From a virus: DNA of 64,000 nucleotides. Positions 18,861 through 27,815 of the stretch are shown piece after piece. Made by a program: the position numbers and the translations under genes. The notes under the pieces are model-generated. The model saw only the letters and a list, made by a program, of their open reading frames with translations, ran no database searches and had not been told where the DNA came from. Within the stretch, counting starts at the first letter, position 1. Every line of letters starts with the position of its first letter. The stretch covers positions 27,283 through 91,282 of the IMG/VR virus record IMGVR_UViG_3300042907_000878; one strand, given 5' to 3'.

Positions 18861-19936
18861 ATCAATCCTTTCAAAATATCACTATTTCTGTAATCGTAGT
18901 ATTTCATTTCCTCGACCTTTGCTTTTTTATTAGCAAGGTAATATTCTCTATTGTTTATAAAAGAATCGTATATTCCTCTCATTTTTTTCTGTAAGTGAAG
19001 TATGCTTGGCTCTAGCCAAAAATCTTCGCACGTATAAAGTCCTTCAATTGTATCAAGAACTCCGTAGCACCCTTCATGCATCGAAGGTATGGCATTTGAT
19101 TCCTTTGAGTATTCTTCGACGCCTGTTCCGGCAGTATAAATGACTGGCATTCCCATAGCGGAAGCTTCCATCGCTGGATAACACCAAGCGTCACCATAGC
19201 TTGGATTAACAAAACAATGACATTGTATCATAGTTGACCACAGTATTTGGTCTGGCATATATGAATTAACGATTACTTCCTTTTTATATTTGCCATTTTT
19301 ACGAAGTCTTTGCTTTATTGCTTCGCAAAATTCTTCTACAACTTTTAGATCCTTTTCAACTTTGATATATAAACTTACTGGTTCTATGTATTCGAACTCA
19401 GCATGAAAAGCGCGAAGTAATCCTTCAAGATTTTTCTGTTTTGCAAATTCTCCAACGAACATAAAATTAAATGTATTATTTAATTCCATGATCTCTGCCG
19501 CTTTATTTAAATTAACTATTTTATCGTAATTAAATAAGTGCGGAAAAATATCAATTGGAACTTTTATTCCAGAGTTTATTAGCGATTGTTTTGAAGCTTT
19601 ATTTGGAACAAAAATTTGATCCATCATAGACAATTTTTTAATCCAAAATGTATTTGATAAATTCAATGTATCAATTTCAAATACGCCTATATTCTTAGCG
19701 CTTGGATAATATTTGTATTCGCTAGGAAGAACGTGTTGCATTATTATATCAAACTGATCAGATTTTTTATCTAATAGTTGACTGATTCTATCTTCTAATA
19801 CAATGGAGACATTGTTATACTTAAGCTCTTCGCAATAAACATCGTATCCGGCATGGTCTAAAGCTAAAGCTTTGTATGTCGCAGCTTTAGCCCAGCCAGT
19901 ACCATCGTTAAAATTTGCAATGTATTTTATTTTCAT
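18857..19936 (-). CDS. Glycosyltransferase family 4
   Basis: GTGWAKA, FMFVGEFAKQKN, CFVNPSYGDAWCYPAMEASAMGMPVI. Confidence 0.85.
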   Translation of the reverse strand: MKIKYIANFNDGTGWAKAATYKALALDHAGYDVYCEELKYNNVSIVLEDRISQLLDKKSDQFDIIMQHVLPSEYKYYPSAKNIGVFEIDTLNLSNTFWIKKLSMMDQIFVPNKASKQSLINSGIKVPIDIFPHLFNYDKIVNLNKAAEIMELNNTFNFMFVGEFAKQKNLEGLLRAFHAEFEYIEPVSLYIKVEKDLKVVEEFCEAIKQRLRKNGKYKKEVIVNSYMPDQILWSTMIQCHCFVNPSYGDAWCYPAMEASAMGMPVIYTAGTGVEEYSKESNAIPSMHEGCYGVLDTIEGLYTCEDFWLEPSILHLQKKMRGIYDSFINNREYYLANKKAKVEEMKYYDYRNSDILKGLI

Positions 19937-21585
19937 TTATTAGTACCTATTTTTTGAATTCTCATTTGTTCCCATTGATTAAAAGCGTTTCTCATATATA
20001 AGCAGATATTAAAAGCTTTCTCAATATTAAATTCTTCGAATCTCTTTTCCACGTCTGGATGAGAGTAGTCATTATAATAATATCCGGGAATATTTAATGA
20101 CATTGAAGCACGATATGTCATGTCTTTTATCATTCTTCTCCACATTGACTTGTTAATTAGATCTGGCATTCCTAAAACATTCGTAAACAACCAATTCACT
20201 TGGTCAGTTACTGGGATTTGGTTTATGTCTTGAGGTAATGACTGATGGGGATTAAAGAATCTAGGTGGTGATTTCCAAGTTCTTGAATGGTCTAAAGTTG
20301 GCGTTTCTAAAAAATACTTTAACCATTTATTTGCTGTATAGTCCCAATTGTAAATTTTTCTGGCGTTGGCATGGCATCGATTTGCTACGTCATCTCTAAA
20401 GGATTTATCATTTGCAAGTTTGCCTAATATCTTAGCCAATTCATTGTTATCAGGAACCGCTCTAAAGCAACCTGTTTCAAGTTCTTTATAATAACTAATA
20501 GGATCGACTGGAATACCTTCTATGCTTGCCACTAATGATTCCATCGCTGAATAGTTAATGGACACAACTGGTAATCCCGCATATGCAGCTTCTAGCTGAG
20601 GCATACCCCAACCTTCCGAATTTGCCCATTGGATATACACATCAAATATATTGTATATTTTATTCAAATCAGTATCGGCCATCTTATTAGATACGCCAAC
20701 AATTGTAGATGAAAATATTTTACAATCATTGCAAAATTTAACAGCCTCATTAAAGAATGAAACAGTAATCTTACCGCAGTTCTTACACTTATAAGTAATT
20801 AATACTTTATTGCTAAGATTTGACTCTTTAATAAGATCTGGTATGTCCCAGCCAACATCTGGAAATCCTGTGTGGCAATACAAATAACAATTAGTTAATG
20901 ATGGGTTATCATCTAGAAATTTTCTAAACGCTTTAAATAAATCTGGATATAGTTTACGTCTTTGATTACGCATAACTGTTCCAAATATAATTGCGTTTTT
21001 ATCTAGTCCAAACTCTTCTCTAAGCGATTTCTTATCTTCTATTTTAAAGAAGGTTTCGCTAGCACAAGGAGATGCGATGTCTACAAATTTAATGTTATTG
21101 GTTTGAGCTAGCATTGTATCTCTACCAAACTCAGAATATGCAAAAACACCATCAGCAGATGAGTAAGTGTCGATCCATTGACTGTTTTGTGGTTCCGCAT
21201 CAACTGTTGGCATGATCGCCCAATTAAAAAATTCTCTAAAAGGAGACCTTTCTTCAAATTCTAGCATCCACCAATCACGAATATCCATAACGAAATCTGG
21301 CTCAAAGTCTAATAAAACGCTATTAAAAGCAAAGTCACCAAATTTATTCGACATTGACGAGTTATAATTATTCATCGCCTCTTGATTGGTTGCATCTGGA
21401 ATATTTGGATATACTTTCCAAGGTATATTCTTTAGTTCTTCTGGTTCAGGACCAGTAAAACATGCCAATTCAGCAACTTCAATCTCTGGATTTTTATACA
21501 ATCTACTAAGAACTTCTTTTGTATAAACCGAATAGCCAGTGGGGTGAAAGCTGGCTTCAGTCACAAATAAAACTTTTTTCTTCAT
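19933..21585 (-). CDS. Glycosyltransferase family 4 with Zn-ribbon insertion
   Basis: PTGYS, RNQRRK, EGWGMPQLEAAYAGLPVV; CKNC...CNDC insert. Confidence 0.88.
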   Translation of the reverse strand: MKKKVLFVTEASFHPTGYSVYTKEVLSRLYKNPEIEVAELACFTGPEPEELKNIPWKVYPNIPDATNQEAMNNYNSSMSNKFGDFAFNSVLLDFEPDFVMDIRDWWMLEFEERSPFREFFNWAIMPTVDAEPQNSQWIDTYSSADGVFAYSEFGRDTMLAQTNNIKFVDIASPCASETFFKIEDKKSLREEFGLDKNAIIFGTVMRNQRRKLYPDLFKAFRKFLDDNPSLTNCYLYCHTGFPDVGWDIPDLIKESNLSNKVLITYKCKNCGKITVSFFNEAVKFCNDCKIFSSTIVGVSNKMADTDLNKIYNIFDVYIQWANSEGWGMPQLEAAYAGLPVVSINYSAMESLVASIEGIPVDPISYYKELETGCFRAVPDNNELAKILGKLANDKSFRDDVANRCHANARKIYNWDYTANKWLKYFLETPTLDHSRTWKSPPRFFNPHQSLPQDINQIPVTDQVNWLFTNVLGMPDLINKSMWRRMIKDMTYRASMSLNIPGYYYNDYSHPDVEKRFEEFNIEKAFNICLYMRNAFNQWEQMRIQKIGTNK

Positions 21586-21589
21586 GTTA

Positions 21590-21928
21590 TCAATTTTCCA
21601 ATCGTTCGGTAGTTTTACATCCTATGGACTTAAATGTTTTAACTCTAAAAACAATTTTTTGTCTTTTTTGATCCCCAGAATTCCACTTATGCTGGCGAGC
21701 CTCTGCTTCAATCGCTAAAAGTTCGCCCTTTTTAAAGTGTTTTGCAATTGTAGTAGCACCAGTATCCCAAGCTTCAAAATCTAAATAATCCACTCTGCGA
21801 TGTTTTTCGCCTTCTTTGTCTTTTCTGTAATCCTCTACAGCTAAGGAAAAGTTGACAACATACGTATTATTAGTTTCTTTAAGTTCAGGATCAGCAACTA
21901 ATTTACCAACAAAGCAACAAATATTCAT
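21590..21928 (-). CDS. ssb: Single-stranded DNA-binding protein
   Basis: MNxxxxVGKLVADPELK...FSLAV...AW...KKG OB-fold signature; no acidic DDIPF tail. Confidence 0.9.
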   Translation of the reverse strand: MNICCFVGKLVADPELKETNNTYVVNFSLAVEDYRKDKEGEKHRRVDYLDFEAWDTGATTIAKHFKKGELLAIEAEARQHKWNSGDQKRQKIVFRVKTFKSIGCKTTERLEN

Positions 21929-21941
21929 CTAGTTCTCCCAA

Positions 21942-23534
21942 TTATATCTGAGTCACAATTTTAACAATAAAAGAAAGATCATTTTCCTTTTGTTTGATCT
22001 CTCCATATAATAGTACCGTATTGCCTTCAAAAAGCAACTTCTTGTATCGAGAAAATTCTTCAGAAAAAACCGTAATAGAATCAAGTTCACCTGAGCTATC
22101 TTCGGCAATTACAAATGCCATAAATTCGCCCTCATGCTGACCTCTTTTAAGTTTATATTCTCTAACTTGATTTATCTTCACTGCTAATTTGGCATCTTGC
22201 ATTTTTTTAACTTCACCATTAGCAATTTCTTTGCATGTGACATTTACATCATCCAAAGCAAGGTTGTCTGACTGTGAACAAGTCAAAGAACATCCCATAA
22301 GCTTCTGTTCAATATCTGCAATCCACACATAATCATCCTCAAGTGAATAAGGTGGATCTTGCAAAGCTTGATAGATATCTAACACAGAAGTAATCCTGCG
22401 AGAATTAATCTTATCGTTGTTGTTAATCATGAGATTAACTAAATCAATAAATGGAGAATTAGACATTCTGGAGCTTTTCCAATGAGATATGATCCACCCT
22501 TGCTCTTTGATAGTCAGCTTATTCCAAATATCAAATTCAAAGACCATTCTATTCCTGTTTAGCTTATTGTTCTTTCCCGTTAAGCCACCAACACTAATAA
22601 TAGAAATAAATGCATTCTTCTTGATCTCATTACCAATAAGAAATAAGCACTCCAACCAGTTAAACTCTTTAATTGATTTACCAGTGATATCCTCAGCTTC
22701 TTGCACAACTCTAGCTAGTGTTTCTTGCTCACCCTCTCCAACATTCTTGACATCGCTATATCCAAAGTATATGACGTTCTTAGCTCTATCCATTGTAAAG
22801 CGACGATAGAAGAAGTCAAGTCTAGGAGGAAGAACTTCAATTCCTTGAAGTTTAGCGTCCATAATCAACTCCTTAATCTCTCGCTGCTTATCTGGTTTAC
22901 TAGATGCATTATTTAGATATACAGTATAGAACTTAATTGGATCGTGTGTTTTACAATAAGCTGAAGCAAATGAATTGATAGCATATGCAACAGCGTGAGA
23001 TTTATTAAATGAATAGCGAGCAGATGCCGCAATCCATTCAAAAATCTTAGCTGCTGACACGTCATCTACTAATCCTTTAGTCTTAGACCCATTGATAAAC
23101 TTCTCTTCAACTTCTTTCATAAGTGCCGCATCTTTTTTACCCATAGCTTTTCTTAGTGAGTCAGCTTCTTCGGGTGTAAATCCAGCAATTTCTGTGGCAA
23201 TACGCATAGCTTGCTCTTGATAAACGATAATTCCATAAGTTTTACCCAGCACTGTTTCCAATGCTGGGTGTAAATATTTGGTTTCGTCAATCTTAGCTTT
23301 GCGATCTGTGTAGTGCTTGGTCATAGATTTGCCGTCTAATTCGGCCTCTAACGTACCGGGGCGAATAATGGATACCAAGTCAGCTAACTCGTCAATAGAG
23401 CGAGGCTGCGCCCTTTTTGCCCAACTGGAACCCAATCTGGACTCCAATTGAAAAACTCCCTTGGTTCTTCCGCTGCAAATCAGATCCCAAGTCGCTTCGT
23501 CGTCAAAATTTTTGATATCTTCAATATGAACCAT
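21942..23534 (-). CDS. dnaE: DNA polymerase III alpha, C-terminal chain (fingers, HhH, OB)
   Basis: GVFQLES, IIRPG, TYGIIVYQEQ, LRKAMGKK, YSFNKSHAVAY, VKNVG, MAFVIAED. Confidence 0.92.
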   Translation of the reverse strand: MVHIEDIKNFDDEATWDLICSGRTKGVFQLESRLGSSWAKRAQPRSIDELADLVSIIRPGTLEAELDGKSMTKHYTDRKAKIDETKYLHPALETVLGKTYGIIVYQEQAMRIATEIAGFTPEEADSLRKAMGKKDAALMKEVEEKFINGSKTKGLVDDVSAAKIFEWIAASARYSFNKSHAVAYAINSFASAYCKTHDPIKFYTVYLNNASSKPDKQREIKELIMDAKLQGIEVLPPRLDFFYRRFTMDRAKNVIYFGYSDVKNVGEGEQETLARVVQEAEDITGKSIKEFNWLECLFLIGNEIKKNAFISIISVGGLTGKNNKLNRNRMVFEFDIWNKLTIKEQGWIISHWKSSRMSNSPFIDLVNLMINNNDKINSRRITSVLDIYQALQDPPYSLEDDYVWIADIEQKLMGCSLTCSQSDNLALDDVNVTCKEIANGEVKKMQDAKLAVKINQVREYKLKRGQHEGEFMAFVIAEDSSGELDSITVFSEEFSRYKKLLFEGNTVLLYGEIKQKENDLSFIVKIVTQI

Positions 23535-23543
23535 TAGTTCCTC

Positions 23544-24251
23544 TTATATAGTAATATCCATAGGAGTATCTGCAAATGACTTCTCAAAATTAGTCTTAGA
23601 ATTTAACTTACGCTGATACTTCATAAATCTGACAAAGATATTTGCAGTGTCAACAACATCATAAATGGCATTGTGGGCATTTGCTTTACTCTCTTCGGGA
23701 AACCCAAAGAACTCTCTAAGATATCCCATGTTTAATTTCTTAACTGAGTCGTTATCTTCAAACCATCCAAACAATACATCCATCATGTCTACTTTATAAA
23801 TTTGATGGACTAACTTTTGCTTTCCGGTTTTTTCTTCAGATGGTCCATACATTTGACAATACCTATTTAAGATTGGCATATCGTAGTTATTGATATTAAA
23901 TCCTACAGGAATTGGGGCAAAGTATGGAGACCCCTTCATATTAAACTTAGTTACAAAGTTAGAGAACTGCTGCCAAGCAACTTTAGGCCCAACAGCTTTT
24001 TCCAATTGTTCGCGGGTTTTACGTGTTACATCAAGAGCTTCTTGTTCAACAGGATCAAATCCCGCTTTAATAGCTTTTTCATCATCAAACTCAGGTCGCA
24101 CTTCAATGTCAAACACTCCACCCGGCTGAAGTGTTAACTTCTTACCATGCAATACGATTGCTGATATTTGAGTTAGCTGACACTTATTAGGGTTTTTACC
24201 TGTAGTCTCAAAATCGAACACTAAAAAATCACGATTGCTGTTTAGTGACAT
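23544..24251 (-). CDS. dnaQ: DEDDh 3'-5' exonuclease (DnaQ/epsilon-like)
   Basis: VFDFETTG, GFNxxxYD, AHNAIYD. Confidence 0.88.
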   Translation of the reverse strand: MSLNSNRDFLVFDFETTGKNPNKCQLTQISAIVLHGKKLTLQPGGVFDIEVRPEFDDEKAIKAGFDPVEQEALDVTRKTREQLEKAVGPKVAWQQFSNFVTKFNMKGSPYFAPIPVGFNINNYDMPILNRYCQMYGPSEEKTGKQKLVHQIYKVDMMDVLFGWFEDNDSVKKLNMGYLREFFGFPEESKANAHNAIYDVVDTANIFVRFMKYQRKLNSKTNFEKSFADTPMDITI

Positions 24252-24462
24252 AGGTTTTTCTCAATTCTAAAAATTTATCAATAGCTTCATTTAGGTCGTA
24301 AAATATTTGTGAATACTTATTATTATGGACTTGGTATATTCCATTCTTCTTCTCTCTGTACCAAGGAACATGATTTCTTAGATCGGATAAGCTCAAATCT
24401 TTAAAGTCAATGTCATTACCATCCCTGATAACAGTTGCGTAGTCTAGAAATTTTTCCTTCAT
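24229..24462 (-). CDS. Hypothetical protein (77 aa) inside the split dnaE locus
   Basis: Fills the gap between dnaE-N and the exonuclease; tightly packed. Confidence 0.6.
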   Translation of the reverse strand: MKEKFLDYATVIRDGNDIDFKDLSLSDLRNHVPWYREKKNGIYQVHNNKYSQIFYDLNEAIDKFLELRKTYVTKQQS

Positions 24463-24463
24463 G

Positions 24464-25966
24464 TTAATCCTTCTCTGTAATCTGCATAATTTTATCTAGT
24501 AAGTTAATCCCAAGCACATCAAATTTAGTCAAACCAACCTTATCCAAGTCATGCATTTCAAATGCGACTAATCTATGACCATTCTTATCTGTGATAAGAG
24601 GTGCGTCATTGATTAGATCTTCATTAGAAATAATCACTCCTGCCGGATGTTTTCCTTGAGATTTATAAGTTCCTTCTATTCTTATAGCAAGAGAGAAAAG
24701 ATCTGACAACTCACCAGACAAATTGCCCTCCTTATCAATTCTACACCACTTTTCAAGTTTCTTTGGATCATTTTCAAGAGTCCATCGAATAACTGATTTG
24801 ATATCCATTTCTTCCAATTCATCTGAGATGCTAGCTTCTTGTGGTAAACTCTCAGTGATCTCATTTAACTCACTAAAAGATAAGTCCCCATAAACTCTAG
24901 CAACATCCTTGACTGCTGATCGACCTTGCAGACGCCCGAATGTAATCATCTGGTAAACTCTTTCATTGCCATACTTATTCTTGATATAGTCAATAATTTC
25001 ATCGCGGTGAACAGATGGAACATCCATATCAATATCGGGTAAAGAGATATTATCTTTAGTAAATCGGCCAGCGTTTAAAAATCTAGAGAATAGTAAATCG
25101 TATTTCAAGGGATCAATATCAATAATCCCAAGTAAATATGACACTAAACATCCACCAGCACTTCCACGTCCCGGTCCCGGTAGCCACTCATTCTTTCTTA
25201 CGAAGTTAATAATGTCTTGCACAATTAAAAAGTATCCAGACAGTTCAAATCCATGAATAACAGACAACTCGTACTTAATACGATCAGTATATTCCTTCTT
25301 CTTATCATCTTTTAAATGCATAAGTTTTGCTCGCCAACCATTTCTACATAACTGTGTTAGATAATCATTCTCAGACATATCTGCACAATCTACGCGAGGT
25401 AGTTTAGGCTTAGAAAGAATGCTATACTGTTGTAATTCAGAGTATAGTTGTTTAGTTCCAAAGTATTGCTTTTCGCTAGGTATAATCCTATGAACTGGAT
25501 GAAAGAAGTAATGATCAGACTCGAAGAACTTTTTATATTCTCCCATATCCACATCTTTAGCTCTCTTGAGTGTAGTTTTAAAGTTAAGACATAATACCAT
25601 CCTATGAAGAATTGCGTCATTTTGTTCAGCATAATAAACCGGCATAATTGCTAGTTGATCTTCTGTATAAAATTGCAAGTCTTCTTTGTCGTATTCTATC
25701 TTTTCTTTAGATGCTAACTTAATTAAAGCTCTATATCCTTTTAGAGATTTAGCAATATAATACCCATTATCGGCTTGCATTCCAAGAATGGGTACGATCC
25801 CAGCTTTATTCATGGCATTGAAGAAATCAACAACACCACTAATAGTTTCAATATCTGCAATTAAGCAATGTGTATAGCCTAATTCTTTACATTTTTTAGC
25901 GGCTTCATCGGGCTTGATGAAACCTTTCAATAATGAATAGTGTGTTGTTATTACTGGCAATATCAT
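24464..25966 (-). CDS. dnaE: DNA polymerase III alpha, N-terminal chain (short PHP, palm, thumb)
   Basis: HYSLLKG, GPGRGSAGG, LLFSRFLN, PDIDMD, HPAGVII, KFDVLG. Confidence 0.92.
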   Translation of the reverse strand: MILPVITTHYSLLKGFIKPDEAAKKCKELGYTHCLIADIETISGVVDFFNAMNKAGIVPILGMQADNGYYIAKSLKGYRALIKLASKEKIEYDKEDLQFYTEDQLAIMPVYYAEQNDAILHRMVLCLNFKTTLKRAKDVDMGEYKKFFESDHYFFHPVHRIIPSEKQYFGTKQLYSELQQYSILSKPKLPRVDCADMSENDYLTQLCRNGWRAKLMHLKDDKKKEYTDRIKYELSVIHGFELSGYFLIVQDIINFVRKNEWLPGPGRGSAGGCLVSYLLGIIDIDPLKYDLLFSRFLNAGRFTKDNISLPDIDMDVPSVHRDEIIDYIKNKYGNERVYQMITFGRLQGRSAVKDVARVYGDLSFSELNEITESLPQEASISDELEEMDIKSVIRWTLENDPKKLEKWCRIDKEGNLSGELSDLFSLAIRIEGTYKSQGKHPAGVIISNEDLINDAPLITDKNGHRLVAFEMHDLDKVGLTKFDVLGINLLDKIMQITEKD

Positions 25967-26994
25967 TCAACCGCTCCCGGATCTTTATATTTCCCAATTG
26001 TGAATCCCGGTTTAGAACAATTCTTGACCGTTTCTGTCATTCCAATAGTTTTTAGCTGGTCTTCAATATGATGACACATTGTACTATCTGTTCCGGGCCA
26101 ATTAGTTTTATAATAATGACAAAGTTTTTGACATTTAAAACTGGCTCTTTCTCTAGAAATTGGTTGTGGCGTTTGATTTGATACAATTTCTTTAAATGTA
26201 CTTTTTAAATACTTTATAAAGTCGGCATCATCATCTTTATCAAACGCTAGCGAAAATGGGCCACCATCTCTACAAAAGAAAATAGTCATAATGGAATGTC
26301 TATGCTTAGGATACATTTTGCCAATAGCATAGTGGTACAGCAATAGTTGGGTGTCCTTCATAAGTTTATCATAATCTTTCTTTTCTCCGGTAGCCCAATC
26401 AAGCCTTTGCCCAGTCTTCCAATCGATTACTTCTATTGTACCATCTTCCATCTCAGTTACAAGATCAATTGTTCCTTTGATCGCAAGATTTCCAGAAATT
26501 TTTTCCCCATTTGGCCCATCAAACTCAAACTTTGCCCAATCTTCTAAGATAGGAATGTCAAAGTGGGGTTCCGTATCAATAACTTTACGGTTTCGTGGAT
26601 CAAACTGACCATTGTTATATCCTAAAGTATCCCAAACCATTTTATAACAGAATTCATAATCTTTTTGATTAAATTCATTATGTGGTGAATTTTTTTTGTA
26701 GAAATCAAAACTTCTACCAAGTATATAATTTACAAAATCATCTGTGTGTAATTGATCATTGGTGAAAGAAAAATCACCCAAGGGATCTTGAGTGACTTTC
26801 ATTGTACTTCTTTTATTGAACTGCGTCCGTTTTTTACAGATTGCTAATGTTTCAAGTACTGCGTGAGTAATTGTTCCCAAATCAGCCTTTTTCCCGGAAG
26901 GAGAATAGTGGCCTAAAACATAAGTCATAAAATATTGCAACTGACAATATTTCCAGTTGTTCAATGAGGAACTTCGAAAATATGTAGTTATCAT
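25963..26994 (-). CDS. Cas4/AddB-like PD-(D/E)XK exonuclease
   Basis: SSSLxxWxxC, GTIDLV, VIDWKTG, QLLLY and C-terminal CxxxC...C (Fe-S type arrangement). Confidence 0.82.
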   Translation of the reverse strand: MITTYFRSSSLNNWKYCQLQYFMTYVLGHYSPSGKKADLGTITHAVLETLAICKKRTQFNKRSTMKVTQDPLGDFSFTNDQLHTDDFVNYILGRSFDFYKKNSPHNEFNQKDYEFCYKMVWDTLGYNNGQFDPRNRKVIDTEPHFDIPILEDWAKFEFDGPNGEKISGNLAIKGTIDLVTEMEDGTIEVIDWKTGQRLDWATGEKKDYDKLMKDTQLLLYHYAIGKMYPKHRHSIMTIFFCRDGGPFSLAFDKDDDADFIKYLKSTFKEIVSNQTPQPISRERASFKCQKLCHYYKTNWPGTDSTMCHHIEDQLKTIGMTETVKNCSKPGFTIGKYKDPGAVE

Positions 26995-27815
26995 CGGATT
27001 TTTGTGAATCTTTCTTTTTTAACTGCCGGTTCAAGATCTTGCGGAGTTCCAATTACAATTTCTTTTGGTATCCAGTTCCATTCGTATAAAATCTCAAATA
27101 ATTGTTTGCAAGACTCATGAATGGTAAGATTTGCATTGTCAATCACAGCATCGTATTCATTAAATGAGTCTAAATCGACTTCACTTGCGTGACTATCGTG
27201 CGTTTCGCCGCGAGTTAGCCTAATGACTTTTCCTCCAGCAGCTTGAATTGCCTTGACTTCGTTTTCAAATCTTGCATCTGAAATTACCGCAAGTGCCGAT
27301 TCTTCATTTTTGATATCTGAAATTGTTCTATTTGTCCAGACATCGGAATATATTTTTCGACAAACATCTGTTCCAAAATATTGAAGTAACTCTCTTCCAC
27401 TCATATAGCCTGTTTTACCCTTGACTTTTGTAGGCATATCTTCCCATTTATATTGTGTTGGAGCATTCTTTTCTTCTTCAGTACCATATACAGACTCTTT
27501 TGGAACATTAAATAGCCCAACAAGAATATCTTTTAATGGTGTTGCAAAAGCGTAGTGCTTAACAAAAGGCCAAACATTGTCTATTGCCCACATTGCAAAT
27601 GGTACGTCTGTACGAGTAACATCAATAATCCCTTTTCCTCTTTTTTCTTCTCCTGTTTCATCTCGCACCAAAGTGTCAATAATTAAGTCGCCTTCATCTA
27701 TAATTTCAAAACCATCAATAATACCAAATGATTTCAAAAAGTATCCATGTAGAAAATTACACATGGTGTTTTTACCGGCTTGCTTTTTACCAGAGAATGC
27801 TAAAATCTTACTCAT
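26991..27815 (-). CDS. Deoxynucleoside monophosphate kinase
   Basis: SGKKQAGKNT, FATPLK, RELLQYFGT, ISDARFENE. Confidence 0.85.
   Translation of the reverse strand: MSKILAFSGKKQAGKNTMCNFLHGYFLKSFGIIDGFEIIDEGDLIIDTLVRDETGEEKRGKGIIDVTRTDVPFAMWAIDNVWPFVKHYAFATPLKDILVGLFNVPKESVYGTEEEKNAPTQYKWEDMPTKVKGKTGYMSGRELLQYFGTDVCRKIYSDVWTNRTISDIKNEESALAVISDARFENEVKAIQAAGGKVIRLTRGETHDSHASEVDLDSFNEYDAVIDNANLTIHESCKQLFEILYEWNWIPKEIVIGTPQDLEPAVKKERFTKIR

Noticed and set aside
23535-24463. Group I intron or split intein interrupting dnaE
   Set aside because: No intein terminal motifs, the intervening genes include a proofreading exonuclease rather than a homing endonuclease, and there is no noncoding room for a ribozyme core.
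25963-26994. CRISPR-Cas locus
   Set aside because: Only a solo Cas4-like gene; no repeat-spacer array or other cas genes seen.
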